A DNA stretch of 63,990 bases, filler included, from Basidioascus undulatus (Eukaryota), in the NCBI GenBank assembly GCA_000826855.1. It is 4 parts of 4 records of this genome, joined end to end, with 100 filler letters (N's around TTAATTAATTAA, not from the genome) between each part and the next. Parts side by side here need not be neighbours in the genome. Positions count along the whole stretch, not along the records: positions 1 to 29,835 come from JTLS01000121.1; 3 more parts are not named here. One strand, written 5' to 3'. Shown here one piece after another: positions 1-12,744 of the stretch (the stretch's first letter is position 1; each line of letters begins with the position of its first letter). The notes below the pieces were generated by a model that was not told the origin of the DNA, made no database searches, and was given only the letters and a program-made list of their open reading frames with translations. The position numbers and the translations under genes are program-made.

Positions 1-1255
1 GTGTGGGGGTGGAGGGGGGGGAGGGAGAGGGACCGCGCAGCCCGAAGGAGGAGGAGCCGAGGGTGAGGAGGACGTCGGATTTTGTAGGAGAGGGAGGACG
101 GAGGACGATGTAAGATGTTGACCATGCGGCTGCTATGTGCGTGGGCGTGTAGCCTTCCAGTTCGGGCGAGAGTGAGAGCGGGAGGGGCACGAACACCTCC
201 GAGCCGGACGAGGGGAGGCCGAGCTGGCCGTCGCTCGAATCGCCCGCTCCCCACACCTGCGCCTTCCCGCCCTGGCACGGGGAAGGGACAATAAGAGCAA
301 GAGTATGGTTCCCCCCGCACGCGAGGGCGGTGATCCGTCCCGGGGGCTCCGGGGAGTGGGAGGAGGAGGGGGAGGAGAGAAAGAGCGCGGGCGAGAAGGT
401 GTGCGCGTCTTCGGAGTGGTTGAGAGCAAGCTGCCCCCGTGCGTTTGAGCCGGTTGAGAGCAGCCGCTGGGAGAGGTGGGGGGTCATTAGGATAGTACTG
501 AAGGGAAGGAGGACAGAGTGCAGAAGGGAAGCAGAGGCTGAGGGGAAAGTGGGGGGGGATGACGTAAACAGCATTACGGAGGTCCGGCGCCGATACGGTC
601 TTCTTTTCCAATGCTTGTGAGTAGTAATAATATTCCTTCGTTGAACAAAGTGTATTGGATCCCCAGAGAGGCGAGCACAAGCGAACAGGAACGGCGAAAA
701 GAACGGAATGAAAGGACGACATCAAAGTCAAGCGCGTCCGCGTCGCGTCGCTTCGCCTTCGATCGGCCCGCTGTCGTGGCCCCCCCCTCACATCGCCCTG
801 ATCCTCCATCCACCAACACCTCATCCCCATTCTCCACCTACACGCATCACCAAATCCCACACAAGCACCTCCTTCATCGCACCGGATCACCCAAGAACCA
901 GTGTGTTTACGAAGCGAGCGTTGTGACCACCGACCGCTTGACTGCCCGACCGCACACCGTCCCAGTCGTCGGGTTCCGGCTCGCCCGCGTGCCTACGATT
1001 ATAGGAGGCCGTTCCGCGATTGTCGTTTCCTCTTTCGCCGACAACAAACGAGCTCCAACATTTCTCTTCTTTCATGGCTTCCACTTCTACCCGCCCGCGC
1101 TCTCACACCTCCGACCAAGCACAATCGCCCGCACCGAAGCGGCAGTGCGTCGAGCCCTCACTACCACCCACTCCCGTACGCCTTCCTCCTTCCTCCTTCC
1201 TCCCAACCCTTCCCCTCCTCCTCCACTTCTCAACCTACCTGCATAGGGGCAGCAA

Positions 1256-1693
1256 ATGCAGCACGCCCAGCAAGAGCACGCCGCAGCCCTGGCGGCAGCG
1301 GCAGCGCACCACACCGCGCCCCCGCCGCCCCCGCCCGTCCCAGCGTACAAGCTGCCCGTCACGATCCTGAGCGGCTTCCTGGGGGCGGGTAAAACGACTT
1401 TGATGGAGCATATTCTGAGCACTAAGAACACTAATCTGAAGGCGGCGATTATCGTAAATGACATGGCATGTGCGTAGACACGTCTCGCCATCTTCCGAAC
1501 GGATCTGGAGGACCTGACGCCTCCCCGAGCCTTGTACAGCTCTCAATGTGCGCAGATCTTGGTTACTAGATCTCATTTGCCTCTTGAATGGAAGGATTAC
1601 AGGCTGAGGATGGGCGCAGATCGACGCGGAGCTCATCAAGAAGCATGGCGTCGCGCAAGCCGACGAGAAGGTCATCCAGCTTCAGAACGGCTG
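1256..1693 (+). CDS. COG0523/CobW-family (Zng1-like) G3E GTPase, 5' exons only
   Basis: [23 protein letters not shown]...AAIIVNDMA, then spliced [11 protein letters not shown]...VIQLQNG(C). The sequence breaks at a donor (gtacgt, 1694) just before the CxCC motif and no continuation is visible. Confidence 0.85.
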
Positions 1694-1771
1694 GTACGTC
1701 CCCTCTTTCCTTTTTCCCCTCCTGCTCCCTCCTCCTTCCTTTCCTTCCCCTCCTGCGTCCCCCCCCCCCCC

Positions 1772-2324
1772 GCCCTCCAAGGGTTCGACCTATTAGGCGA
1801 AGCTGCCGGCATTCCACCCTACCAACCCTACCATTACGAGCATCGACGCCACGCGGCACCCTACCTCTATCCCCCGGCCCCGCCCGCGCATGACCCCCCT
1901 TTCGCGTTCGGATGGCGCGAAAGGCTCGCCGAGCGGCGGCGGGAGGCGGCCGCCCTAGGCTACATGGGCTTCCCCGACGAGGGCCGCCACCATGCTCAAC
2001 GGCCGCCGCCGCCTGCACCCCAGCCGCCTGCGCCTGCGCCTGCGCGGGGACCGAGGCTGCCGGACTTGACGCCATGGATGCGGAGGGACGAGGAGACAGG
2101 GGAGGTGCGTCTTTCTCGTTCTCGCCCTCCTCTTCGACTGTACGTAGGCTTGAAACTGACTGATGATGGGAGCCCGCGAGCAGTTCATTGTCGACCAGAT
2201 CCCGCCTGATATGCAGGCGGAACTCGAGGCGTATTATGCGGCCGTCCGGAGGGGTCGGGGTTGGGGAGGAGCACCTCGGAGCGGAGAGAATGGGGGAGTA
2301 GGGGGGTGGACGTGCGCTACTTGA
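1772..2324 (+). CDS. 3' end of an unrelated hypothetical Pro-rich protein (2 exons)
   Basis: Open frame after the poly-C (GFDLLGEAAG...RRDEETGE), a gtgcgt...cag intron, then FIVDQIPPDMQAELEAYY...WTCAT*. No CobW motifs. Confidence 0.45.
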
Positions 2325-3330
2325 AGGGTGGATTCCGGCAACCAGGTTGACTCTTGAGTCTCGGAGCGAGGCCATTATGTATCAAAATGCTTCTATATAC
2401 TTGCGTTTATCTACTGGATGCGAAGCGGCTGAACAGAAACCCGCAAGGGGGAGGCCGGGCTGCGTCGCAAACCTGCCATCGCCTACACTCCGTGCGTATC
2501 AACATACCGACCGCATTCAGGGCCTGGATTAATAGTGATATGTATTTTCGAACAGTACGTTTAACGGAAATTCGACATTGAAGAAAGGGTCGACCATAGC
2601 TGTGGTTGATTGGCAGGAGTACGACACGGACGTTGGCGGCGGGTCGGCTGGCGTGCGTGAGGAGGATCCGGACTCGTAGAACTATTAGCGCCTATCTTGT
2701 TCGGGCTGGCAATACAATTAAAATGATGGCTGCGCCTCGCGGCTTGCCTGCGTGCGTGTGTGTATCTTGCCGGACCTGCGTCCTACACGCAGACACGCGT
2801 TGCAGATTCGACAATTTTAAGATGCTTGAAACCTTTTGAATGCCTTGGAGTTTTCCCGGAGAGTTTGAGGGGGAATATTCAAATTCAGGACCAGCCACAG
2901 GCCGATTTACCGCGCAAACGAAGCTCGGTGTTACCCTGGCCCATTGTCATCTTAATTGAACAGAAGACAATTGCAGGCCCCAGCAGGACCCAGACTCACC
3001 TTGAAATCCAGATGTTGTTAACCTAAAATATCAGCAGTGTGGGGTATATGTTTAGGTGGTTGTTGATTATGCCGGGTAAGATGAGAAACAGGCCACCCAA
3101 CGCCCGGTATGTCTGTCTGCCACACGCTGCCGACAGACTTGGTCTCAAATTAATTGAAGTTAACGTCCCAACTGAATTTTTGATACATCCCGTTTCATGA
3201 GGCAGATGGCTCTTCCAGCTGCGGGCGCAAGGCGAGTAACATTGCGAAGCTCGCGCCATGTGAAAGTGAGCTGAAAGACGATGACTGCTTCCACCTCAAA
3301 CCTGTGGAAAGTACAGCCGTTCGTGAAAGT

Positions 3331-5813
3331 CTAAGCGCCGTCCTTGCCGAGTGCCCCCTCGATCACCTCTAGAGCCCGCATCACTTCCTCATCGCCCCAC
3401 CTGCGTCCGACGACTTGAAGGCACAGTGGAGCGTTCTCAAACACCTCCGACGCATCTGAGTATCGCAAATGAAAAGAAATCAGAGCTTCGTGCAATAAAA
3501 CTGAAGGCGGCGCAGGGGGGCAGCTTTGTGTACTCACAGGCCTCATGGTTGATTCGGTCGTGCTGGACGAGCGGCTGGAAGTTTTGGTCCACCGGGTCAA
3601 GCTCCGCAGAGGCGCGAAGCGGTGTTGGAAAGACTGCGCAGGGGTAGTCGAGCAAGTTCCACTGAGCAGTGTACCCCCAGTATTTCCTGTTGTAGGCAGC
3701 GAGAAACGTCAGATCGTTGCAAGTGAAAACCACACGGCAACGTACGCAGTGTCATGAGCAGGCGCGGGGCCAGGGCCAACAGGACAGAGAACCACGTCGA
3801 CCTTCGAGGTATTCCAGTGCTTGAGGTAATCTTTCCGCTATATAATACAATTTGCACAAGAGTGTCAAGTGCTCGGTTTTGCACACATGGCCCAAGCTCT
3901 ACGTACGTAGGCATCCCGTCGGACATGTGCCTGTGGGAGATCGAAGACATCGTATCAGTACACCGAATGAATACAAGAGACAGCAATCCAGACGCACCTC
4001 CCACATCTCGTGCTGTGTGTGGTCTCTAGCCGGCTCAAGCACCCACTCTGTCAAGGGAAAGAGCGGCTCGCCCGTCTCGGCAAGGATCTCGCGGATTCGC
4101 TTCCCGCCATCTGGGAAGTACAAGTCGCGCTGCATGCCAGCGTTGCATCAGTTATCGGCGCAAGCGGGCAAGCGGTTCTTTGAGATCTAGACAAAAAAGG
4201 CTGAAAGCGTACGATGATATCGTAGCCCTTCTCATGTTCCCACGGCTCGAAGTCGACAAGCTCGATGTTCCGAGTCGCTCGCAGCGCATCAACCGCCCAG
4301 CGCAGCGCCCGCCGGATCGGGGGCTGCGGAACAACAACGCGGTCGTCCCACATGACACCGACTCGAAGCTTGCGGTTCTCCCGCTCCCAAACTGCGCCCG
4401 CTGGATGAAGCGCCCAGGGCTTGTCGGAGAGCAGCGGGTCGTTCAGGTGCGGCGAGGCGGAGAGAACGGCCGACATGAACAGAGAGACGTCGCGTGCGGA
4501 GCGGGCCATCTATGTACACGAGAGATATCTCAGTTCAGGTAGTTGGAAAGTGCGATAAATAGGGAAGGCAGGATTTACAGGACCTGCGACCGCCACGATG
4601 GAGTCACGCCCGGGCTGGGACTGGCGAAGACTAACTGTCAGAACATGATTTCCGGTTTTAAGTCGAGGAACTTACCGATCGAGATCCGCTGGCGGGAACG
4701 CGGCCGATAGTTGGACGCAGTGTGTATATACCGCAGCACGCGGCCGGAGAGCTATCCCAGAAGTCTTGGCTATGTCAGTCACCCCTCGAACAACCCCGTC
4801 CTCAGTACAAGGAACGAACCGGACAGATCCACCAATATCAGCTGCAAAGGAGAGATATTTAGTCGGTGTTCGACAAAGGTGTTCCAAAATACCCACTTCC
4901 TACTCCCAGAGGCGAGCCTCGCATTGCTATGAGGGCACTTTCTCCTCCAGAACTTCCTCCGGCGGTGAGATCGCGGTTGAACGGGTTGAGGGTCCGACCC
5001 TGTATGAGAGGGGGGACATCATCAACGGTCGCTGTTCCGGAGGGAGAAAGAGCGGTGTACATACCCAGAATGAGTGGCTCTCGAGGTGCATCACCGTCTG
5101 AGGCAAGTTGGTCTGCGACACGCCTCTCCGGTAAGTTTCGGTAGCTGAGGATAAGGCCAAGGCGGCCACGTCTACCTTGCAGTACAAGATCGCCCCTGCA
5201 TCCCGCAAGATCTGCACCACTTGCGCATTCTCCTTGGCCACCTTATGGCCGATCCAAGCCGTGAAAGAGCCCGACGTCTCCTTGCCAGTGACATCGAAGG
5301 TATCCTTTGAGAGGACACATTCAGCTATGTCAGAACTGTAACGAAGCAGTCTGGGCGTCGGCTTACCTTTATCGACACCGGTACCCCGTGCAGCGCACCA
5401 ACCGGCTTCCCAGTCTTGGCTAGATGCTCGTCGAGCTTCTTTGCATCCTCAATTGCCTCGGAGAGAAAGAAGTCGGTAAGACAAGAAGTCTTTACGAGCT
5501 CACGTCAGCATCGTAAGATCTCATCAGTGGAATTCAGCAGACGTACAAGTTGGTGCGCAATGGCGGCCGTTTTTCCCACAGCCTCAACGACCTCAACCGC
5601 CGAAAACTTCTTCGCAAGCACCGCATCCCTGATGCCTGTTGCATCGAGCTCTACGATGTCAAGTTGCTTCGGTGTGAGCAGTCCGCAAGTGGCCGGGATG
5701 GACGAGACGTCGCGCGAGAGGTCGGAGAGCGTGGATGGCAGAAGCAAGGCCGCTGCCTGCGTTGCTTGGAGCACCCTCGCGCGTTGGGCTTCAGCGATGT
5801 TCTCCCAAGACAT
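3331..5813 (-). CDS. Amidase-signature family enzyme (fungal acetamidase/general amidase), multi-exon
   Basis: MSWENIA..., LHGVPVSIK, GAILYCK/TNLPQT, TAGGSSGGESAL, DIGGSVR, WNLLDYPCAVFP, LQVVGRRWGDEEV. Confidence 0.93.
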
Positions 5814-6114
5814 GGTGTTGTTGTTGGAAGAAGAAAGAATGGGCGACGGGGCGGGTTATGTGCACGATAACGAGAGCCGGTACCGTCGGAAGATGAAAGC
5901 CGAGGTGCCGTATCGGGAGACGCTTACTCGGTAGATAGTGATTGAATATGCGTGCTTCTGAGAAATCTCGAGAAGTTGATAAAAAACAACGACGGTTAAT
6001 CCTGCCAGTTAATCCAGGTTCATCATTATGCCCGAGCTTCCAGTGTCGTAAGGAGGGTGAAGGGGACATGTGCCCGAAGGCGAAGACAGTGCCTCTCTCT
6101 CTCGAGACCCTCTC

Positions 6115-6337
6115 GCTGCCCGACACGTCTGGCTGTCGTATTTCGAGAACGCGGTGATCCACCATGGATACGGTGATCCGATTACTGCGCTCGGACGCTG
6201 TGCCGGGCATAGACCAGACGGTTACGCTGGTCATGCCGAAGCTTGCAACGGACTTGTCTAGCACACAGCGACGGAGTCATGCGCATTTGCTAAAAGACAG
6301 CGATGCATCAAAGCCCTCCGGAGACACTCGACACGCC
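6115..6337. repeat. Flank X: diverged inverted repeat of 16160-16380
   Basis: Both copies give near-identical conceptual translations (MDTVIRLLRSDAVP...SKPSGDTRHA vs MNTVIRLLRWDAVP...SKPSGDTRHA) on opposite strands. Confidence 0.85.
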
Positions 6338-6507
6338 TTACTTGGTCATTATAAAGTCTCCCTTCTCATTACCGTCTTCCACAGCGACCCGACACCCGAC
6401 ATCCCGAATTGTCGAATTGGCGCCCTCCAATGAAGCAGGTACGGTATCCCTTCACGTCTCTGCACGATCTACACGCTCAAATATATTCCAACGATTACTT
6501 GGTCATT
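6338..6507. repeat. Two copies of the STI1 terminal codons (ttacttggtcatt at 6338-6350 and 6495-6507) bracketing a diverged copy (6354-6494) of the STI1 3' flank 9002-9106
   Basis: Shared blocks with 9002-9121: aagtc(t/a)cccttctca, cgtcttccacagcgaccc, ttcacg(t/g)ctctgca(c/t)gatct, ttacttggtc. Confidence 0.75.
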
Positions 6508-9106
6508 TTTACATACTCTCCACTTCCAATGCTTACAGCCTCAGCAGGCGATTCGAGTCGCGCAGGGCTGCCTGCGCCCCTTGACTGGCAGTTCCTTTCC
6601 CTCACCATCTGACGACCGACCAGACTGTTGATCACAAATGGAAGACAATAAGAGCCATTGAGATGTGCAATTCTTCAAGCAGCCGGCTCGCCCTCAGACC
6701 TAAAGCTCCGCCCTCGCGTCTTTCCGCAACCACGCCTTTAACTCGCCCTCACCCACCACTTTCTCCACAAGGCCCACGATCGACTCTTCCATTTCGAATG
6801 AGAAGTGCAGCATGTCTGTGACAGAGATATACGCGGCAGCGAGCGATACTGTTTCATGGCGGAGAGAATGTGCCTCGACGCGCCAAGGTACTCCATCGCG
6901 TCCGGAATGTCGGCCGTGTCCAACAAATCCCAGCTCCACGACGGCACCTCCGAGTCAGGCGGGAGACTGGCGACCCCTGCCTCCCGCCAGAAGCGCTCGG
7001 GAAGGCGCTGCTTCGCATGCTTGCCGTAGCTGAGCAGCAACGCGGGCTTGCGCCTCGCGAAGGCGTGGCCGTATGCGCGGATCGGGCGGAGTGAGGGCGA
7101 GTCGGAGGTGATGCGGAAAGATGGTCGAGAAGAGAAATGGACCGTCCGGAGGGATTGACCGTGAGGGAGGCCGAGGCCGACAGTCGAGACGCGATGTTGG
7201 CGTTGAGCATGGAGTGGTTGTCCAGGTGCCCTAGTTGCAAGTTGATCGACGGGTCGAGGATGTCGCAGAAATGCCCAGCGCGGTGATCGTGGTCGAGGAC
7301 GTATTTCTTGAGGGGCCGTCTTGTCAAGAATCAGACCCGCCATATCGGACTATAAGAGAATAACGTTATTTATGAGGCTCATCTTGTTCACAGCAACGCA
7401 TCAGCTAACCTTTACGAGCAGCGCATCCATTACCGTTTGGTGCTTCTTATGGAACTCGTTGACGAGGTACTGGAAAGGAACCGGGAAGATATTCAGCGCT
7501 CTACGTAGCTGTTTCTGGACGGTACGTGGCAACGACACCTGCGAAGGCCTCCCGTGTGATGCTTCACGCGTGGAGATCTTCCCACGCACATCCCTATCCC
7601 TGCACCATCGCCTCCCACGCCGCCATCAGCGGCGCTTCGTCCGTCGCGCCACCAGCGTTGGAGATGTAGCCAGCAAGAAGCGCAGCGACGCCAGGCACGT
7701 CGAGACCGTCCCTCGCGTCGGCGATGTACCGGATAAGCGGTTCCGTGTGGTTGCAACTGCGCAGTGCTTTGTCAGTCTCGGTTTTTCTCGACACGCCGCC
7801 AATGGGGGCGCGAGGACGCTCGCGATCTGCGTCTCGTTGTCCGTGCGGTAGAGGTCCTACATGGCGAGCGCGTACTCTGCACGGAATTGGAACGGAACGT
7901 CAGCATGAGAAAGATGTGCATATAGTCTTATGGGATGCACGAACTGATGTAGTCCTGTCGTGAAACAACCGCGCCGAAGTACGTGTGCTGACGCATCCGC
8001 GCGTGCCGATTGGGGCTCCAGCTCTGCACGTGATCGTCTCGCCGTTCCTCGAACTTGTAGCTCGGTACGACTCCGCTGATAGCCTGCTGTGCAGTCGCCA
8101 CAAAGACGCTACAAATTTGAGGCAGTCAGCAGGAGCTTTCGCAACGCTACATCGATGTCTGCAGAGACTCACTGACAGGATAGGCAGAGCCAGCCATCAT
8201 GACAATGACGGTCTTGGCGGCAGAGGAACAGAGGGAACTCGTTCTTGCCGCGGACGTACTTGACGTGCAAGGGGCCCGTGCAGCTGACCCATCCGCCCCC
8301 GCAGAGCATCTCGGACCCGGCTTGGATGGTAGCGACCAGGGCCGTTGGTCGTTCGGCCACAGCGCGAGCACGCCCTCAGCCTCCGCTAGAGAGCATGGGT
8401 TCAGGTCGCTCAGCGCGTGAGCGTAAGTCATCCAAGGTGCGCTCGCGAAGATCGCCGACGAGCGACTGCAGGAGATATCTGCATGGGAAGTGATCAGGAT
8501 GCCGACGGAACGGAAACTGAGCAACTCGAGAACCGTGCCATGAAGTTTACGCACATGATGAGGCGTCGCAGGATCAGCGAGATACCGGTTTCGAGGTGGA
8601 TGATCGGCTGCAACGCAGCATCGCGCCCGTCCTCGCCTTACGTGCTCGATGCTGAACGTAGCGCGTGCGCGCGAGCTCATCGAGTCGGAGGGCGCGGTCG
8701 CTCTGGAGGAAAAGCGCCTTGCGAACGAGCCTAACCTGCCGCGACCGGAGCTGCGCGGCGAGATCCTTCGAGTTGCGGACGACGAAATCGTTCAACTCGA
8801 AAAAGAACCGCTTGCGCGGTTTTGAATGCCGAGTATCGCGCCCGTACGGAATGACGTAGGAGTCGCCGACGCGCGATGTCGAAGAGACACAAGAGGTCAA
8901 ATATTATAGGGCAGTCTGCTTTCGCGGCATCCTCAGTCGTCGACTTACGCGGCGTGCGTGATTTCGCCAATTTTCGGAGGAACAAACTGTTACATATGAG
9001 CAAGTCACCCTTCTCAGTACGCAGTGCCGTCTTCCACAGCGACCCCGAAATCAAGCAGATCTTCTTTCACGGCTCTGCATGATCTTCATTCTACATGCTG
9101 CGAGAA
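6508..9106 (-). mobile_element. Putative site-specific insertion at the STI1 stop codon
   Basis: Bounded by direct copies of the STI1 terminal codons and carries the nuclease-like pseudogene. Confidence 0.4.
6700..8900 (-). pseudogene. Decayed intron-containing gene with a Cys cluster and an endonuclease-VII-like (His-Me) motif
   Basis: Spliced reconstruction gives LCGGGWVSC...FLCRQDRHCHDGWLCLSC and SDMAGLILDKTAP/LKKYVLDHDHRAGHFCDILDPSINLQLGHLD. There are in-frame stops at 8376-8378 (TGA) and 7857-7859 (TAG) and several frameshifts. Confidence 0.6.
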
Positions 9107-11950
9107 TTACTTGGTCCTTATGATTCCGGCGGACAAAAGCTTCTGGATCTTCTCCCGAACAACCGGGTCTGAGTGAACGAGAACAGGCAGTCAGCACTTG
9201 TTGATCAAAACATGAGCTGGCGAAGAACGCACTCTTCATGTGGTCCTGCAGCGCACGCGGGTCCGACTGTGCCTGCTGGAGGATCTGCTGCATGACGCTG
9301 GTGGATGGGCGCCAAAACATCTCGTCAGTACGTGTGGGGGCTAGAGGGAAGAAGGAGAAGCGAAGCACGGATCCTGCATGATCTGCGCGACCTCCGGGTC
9401 CCTCATCGCGCGCTGGAGCGTCTGCTCGTCCGTCTCGCCCTCGCGCTCCTTGTACAGCGCCTGAGACACCTTCTGCATCCACTCTTGGATCTCGCGCGTG
9501 TGCTTGCGCTCCGTGTCGGCGTCCTCGGCCTGTGCGATCGGTGCCCGTCAGCCTGCGCGTGCGGTAAAAATCGTCCAGGGTGGCCAAATAACGTACCTGC
9601 TGCAGAGCAGACATGGCCTTGGTGTACTCGCGCATGCCGAAGAGGACGGTCGCCTTGCGGATGTAGGCCTTGACTGTGGGCATCACGCGAGCAAAATCGG
9701 GTGAGCGATAAGTGACGAAACCGAGGACAGCAACGGCACGCACCAAACTTTGGGTCGAGCTCGATCGCCTTCTCCACGTCCTTGAGCGCCTCAGGCAAGG
9801 CCGCGAGCTTCGTGTATGCGGACGCGCGGTTGTTGTAGCTCCGCGGGTCGGACGGGTCGCGCTTGATCGCTTCGGTGTAGTGTTTGACGGCAGTCGCGAA
9901 GTCACCCGCCTGCACAACACGTCGTCAAGATAGCAGCAAAGGGTCGGTATCAAGGTCTTACGCCGCCTTCGGGAGACAATGAGCGCTAACGAACCTTGAA
10001 AGCCTTGTTGCCCTCCTCGCGCTCCTTCTCCGCCAGCTCAGGGTTGATGTACGCCTGCTTCTCCGCCTCCGACTTCTTCTTCTCCGCCTGTTTCGCAAGC
10101 CCATGCCCGTTACCCTAATCAGCGCAATGACCCTCAAGCAAGGGAAGCAATTTCGACCACGCACGTCACGCAGCTTGCCAAGAATGTCGGGCGTCCGGTG
10201 CTCAGTGAGCGACTTATTGAAGTACTTGATCGCGTTCTCCAGGTCGCCCTTCTTCATGTACGCCGTGCCAATGCGGCCGAACGCCCTGTGCGCGCGCGCG
10301 AAAAGCAGGTCAGGTCAGAACATGCCAGCTGCAAGTCAGAAGCGAAACAGGCAGACATACTTGGCGATGAGCTTGAAGTCCGCGCGGATGTTCCGACCCT
10401 CCTCGATCGCCTTCTCGCACGTCTCGATGCACTTGTCGTGATCGCCCTGCTCGAAGTAGACGGCTGTGAATCGCCCATCGCCTGGCTGTCAGGCGACTGG
10501 TCCGACACACAAGAGGCAAAGTGAGGCACGACCAGAGAACCGGACGCACCAGCGAGGTTAGTCAGGTACGAGATGTCGGTCGGGTCGACCTCCCAGGCCT
10601 TCTCGTAGTGCTTGATGGCCTCGTCGAACTGGCGCTTCTTGTACGCTTCGTTGCCCTTGAGCTTCTCCTCCTGCGCCTCCTTCTTCGCCTTCTTCGCCTT
10701 CTTGCTCTCGTCCTCCTCCTCGGGCTCCGCCTCCGGCTCCTTCATCTCTACCTCGGGCGCCTGCGGCTGCTGCGGCGGCGGAGGCGAGGCGACTTTCTCG
10801 GCTGCGGGCGGCGGGGGCGGGGTGGAGCTAGATTCGGAGGGGGCGTTGAACCCGGGAGGCATTTCGTTCGAGCCTTCGGGTCGCTCGAACGCTTGCATGT
10901 CCACGCCCATGAGCGCGCCGAGTACCTGGGTAGGCGAGCCAGGGTTAGTGCCAGGGAGCACAATTGACACCGTGATCAGAAACTGTTGTACCTGGATCAT
11001 TCGCGGGTCTTGCAGCGCGTCGCTGCCCAGCTGCGGGTTCGCCTGAAGCGCCTTAAGCTGTTCGCGTGGAGCCACCCAAGCCTTCTTCATCAGTAGCTGT
11101 CCATCTGCCCATATGCAATAGAAGGCCGAACGGACCTTGTTGACAAAGGCGGGATCAGCGAGAAGAGGTGCAGTCTTAGGGTTGGACGCGAGCTTTGCGA
11201 CCATGTTGGGGTCGCTGAACATCGCGCCGATGCCGTCGCCGCCCGGCCCACTCTCGGACGCAGCTAAAGCGCCACAGTAAAACCCCCCCCCCTCGTGAGC
11301 ACACATTCTGTGTATCCCATGAGCCGGAAAGAACTGAGTGCCACGTACTCTGATCCCGCTTGACCTCCTCTAGCCCACGCTTCAACATGGCGTCATCAGG
11401 CGCGAGGTCGAGTCCCTTCTGATACGCGCCCACCGCGTCGTCGTATTGCCGTGCTCCGTGCAGGGCGGCACCGCGACGAGCGTAGCCCTTCGGCCAAGAC
11501 GGATTCTTCTCGATAGTCTGAGAGCGCAGGGTCAGTCCAGATCTTTGCATTGCTCGTGTGCGCCGCCTGCTGCCCTCCGTTCGGTATCCTCTAGCGTGAA
11601 TTATCACAAAGGACGAACAAGCATCTTTGTACCTTCCCACACTTGTAGTACAAACAACACTCTGCCCCAGCTAGAAAGAAGCCGGCACTCACCTTGTCCG
11701 CGTCCTCCAGCGCCTTCGCCCAGTTCCGCAAGCCCGCATAACTCGCCGAACGGTTGGAGTAGAGGACATGGTTGTCCGGGTCCTGCTCGATAGCCTTTCC
11801 GAAAAGGTCGACGGCCTCGTCGTACTTCTTTGCGGAGAACGCAGTGTTGCCCTGCGCCTTCAAAGCGGCAGCCTGCAGGCGTCCAAGAGATAATTGTGAG
11901 CTGAAGGCCTGCCGGTGGTGCTGTGGGTCCTAGCCACGCACATCAGACAT
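9107..11950 (-). CDS. STI1: Hsp70/Hsp90 co-chaperone Sti1/HOP (TPR-DP-TPR-TPR-DP), multi-exon
   Basis: [104 protein letters not shown]. Confidence 0.96.
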
Positions 11951-12744
11951 GATCAGTGGGTTTCGAGAATGTCAGTGCTTCTTGAACGATACGAGCGTGA
12001 AGAAAGATGAACGGCGATGATGGCGAGATGGAGACAGGCAACGTCGAGCACACCGAGCGAGATCCCCATGTGCTCGAGAACGTTCCCGCGAGGCCCAGAT
12101 TAATTCCCACGCTCCGGCGTCTTCTTTCACTTTGGGCATCATTTTCAGCCAATTTTCAGCTTACCCATGGCTACACTGAAGAAACCGCACCTATAATAAG
12201 CTTCAATCAGAGGGCGTATGGTTTATACCGGCCCATGATTGGCATCCTGGCGCTAGCACATCAGCGCCACCAGACGGGTACTTACAGGTTGAAGCACACG
12301 CACTTCTTAACCAGTGCGCACTAATAACTGTCGACTTTCTTCAGGCTTGTCAGACAGCTTTGGAACTTCCACATAAGAGAACCGCAGTCTCACATCAAAA
12401 CAGACGTATTCCCTTCAGGTGAGGAATGCCTCGCGACCGAAAGACAATGCCAATGAGGACTCTGCGCACAGCTTTCGCTGCCGTCCTCGTGAGAGTCTTG
12501 CGGGTCAGCCTGCTCTCATGCCGACTCCCTTATCGGACCATCTAATGCTTTATTTTATCTTGCTGCTTGCCGATAAGCTTCTCCATGGCCCTGAGACTCG
12601 GCATCGCACGTGCTATTGAAACAACGATGCCATGCTGTCACACTCCCAACTTTCTGTGCTGCCGCCGTTGCGCTGCTGCCTTGCTTGCCAAGTGCTGCCG
12701 CCCTCGACCCTTAATACCCCCTGCTACATCTGTACTACCTATTC

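Noticed and set aside
1..1250. Purine/pyrimidine-skewed ORFs at the window start
   Set aside because: Low-complexity UTR or promoter-like sequence with no domain evidence.
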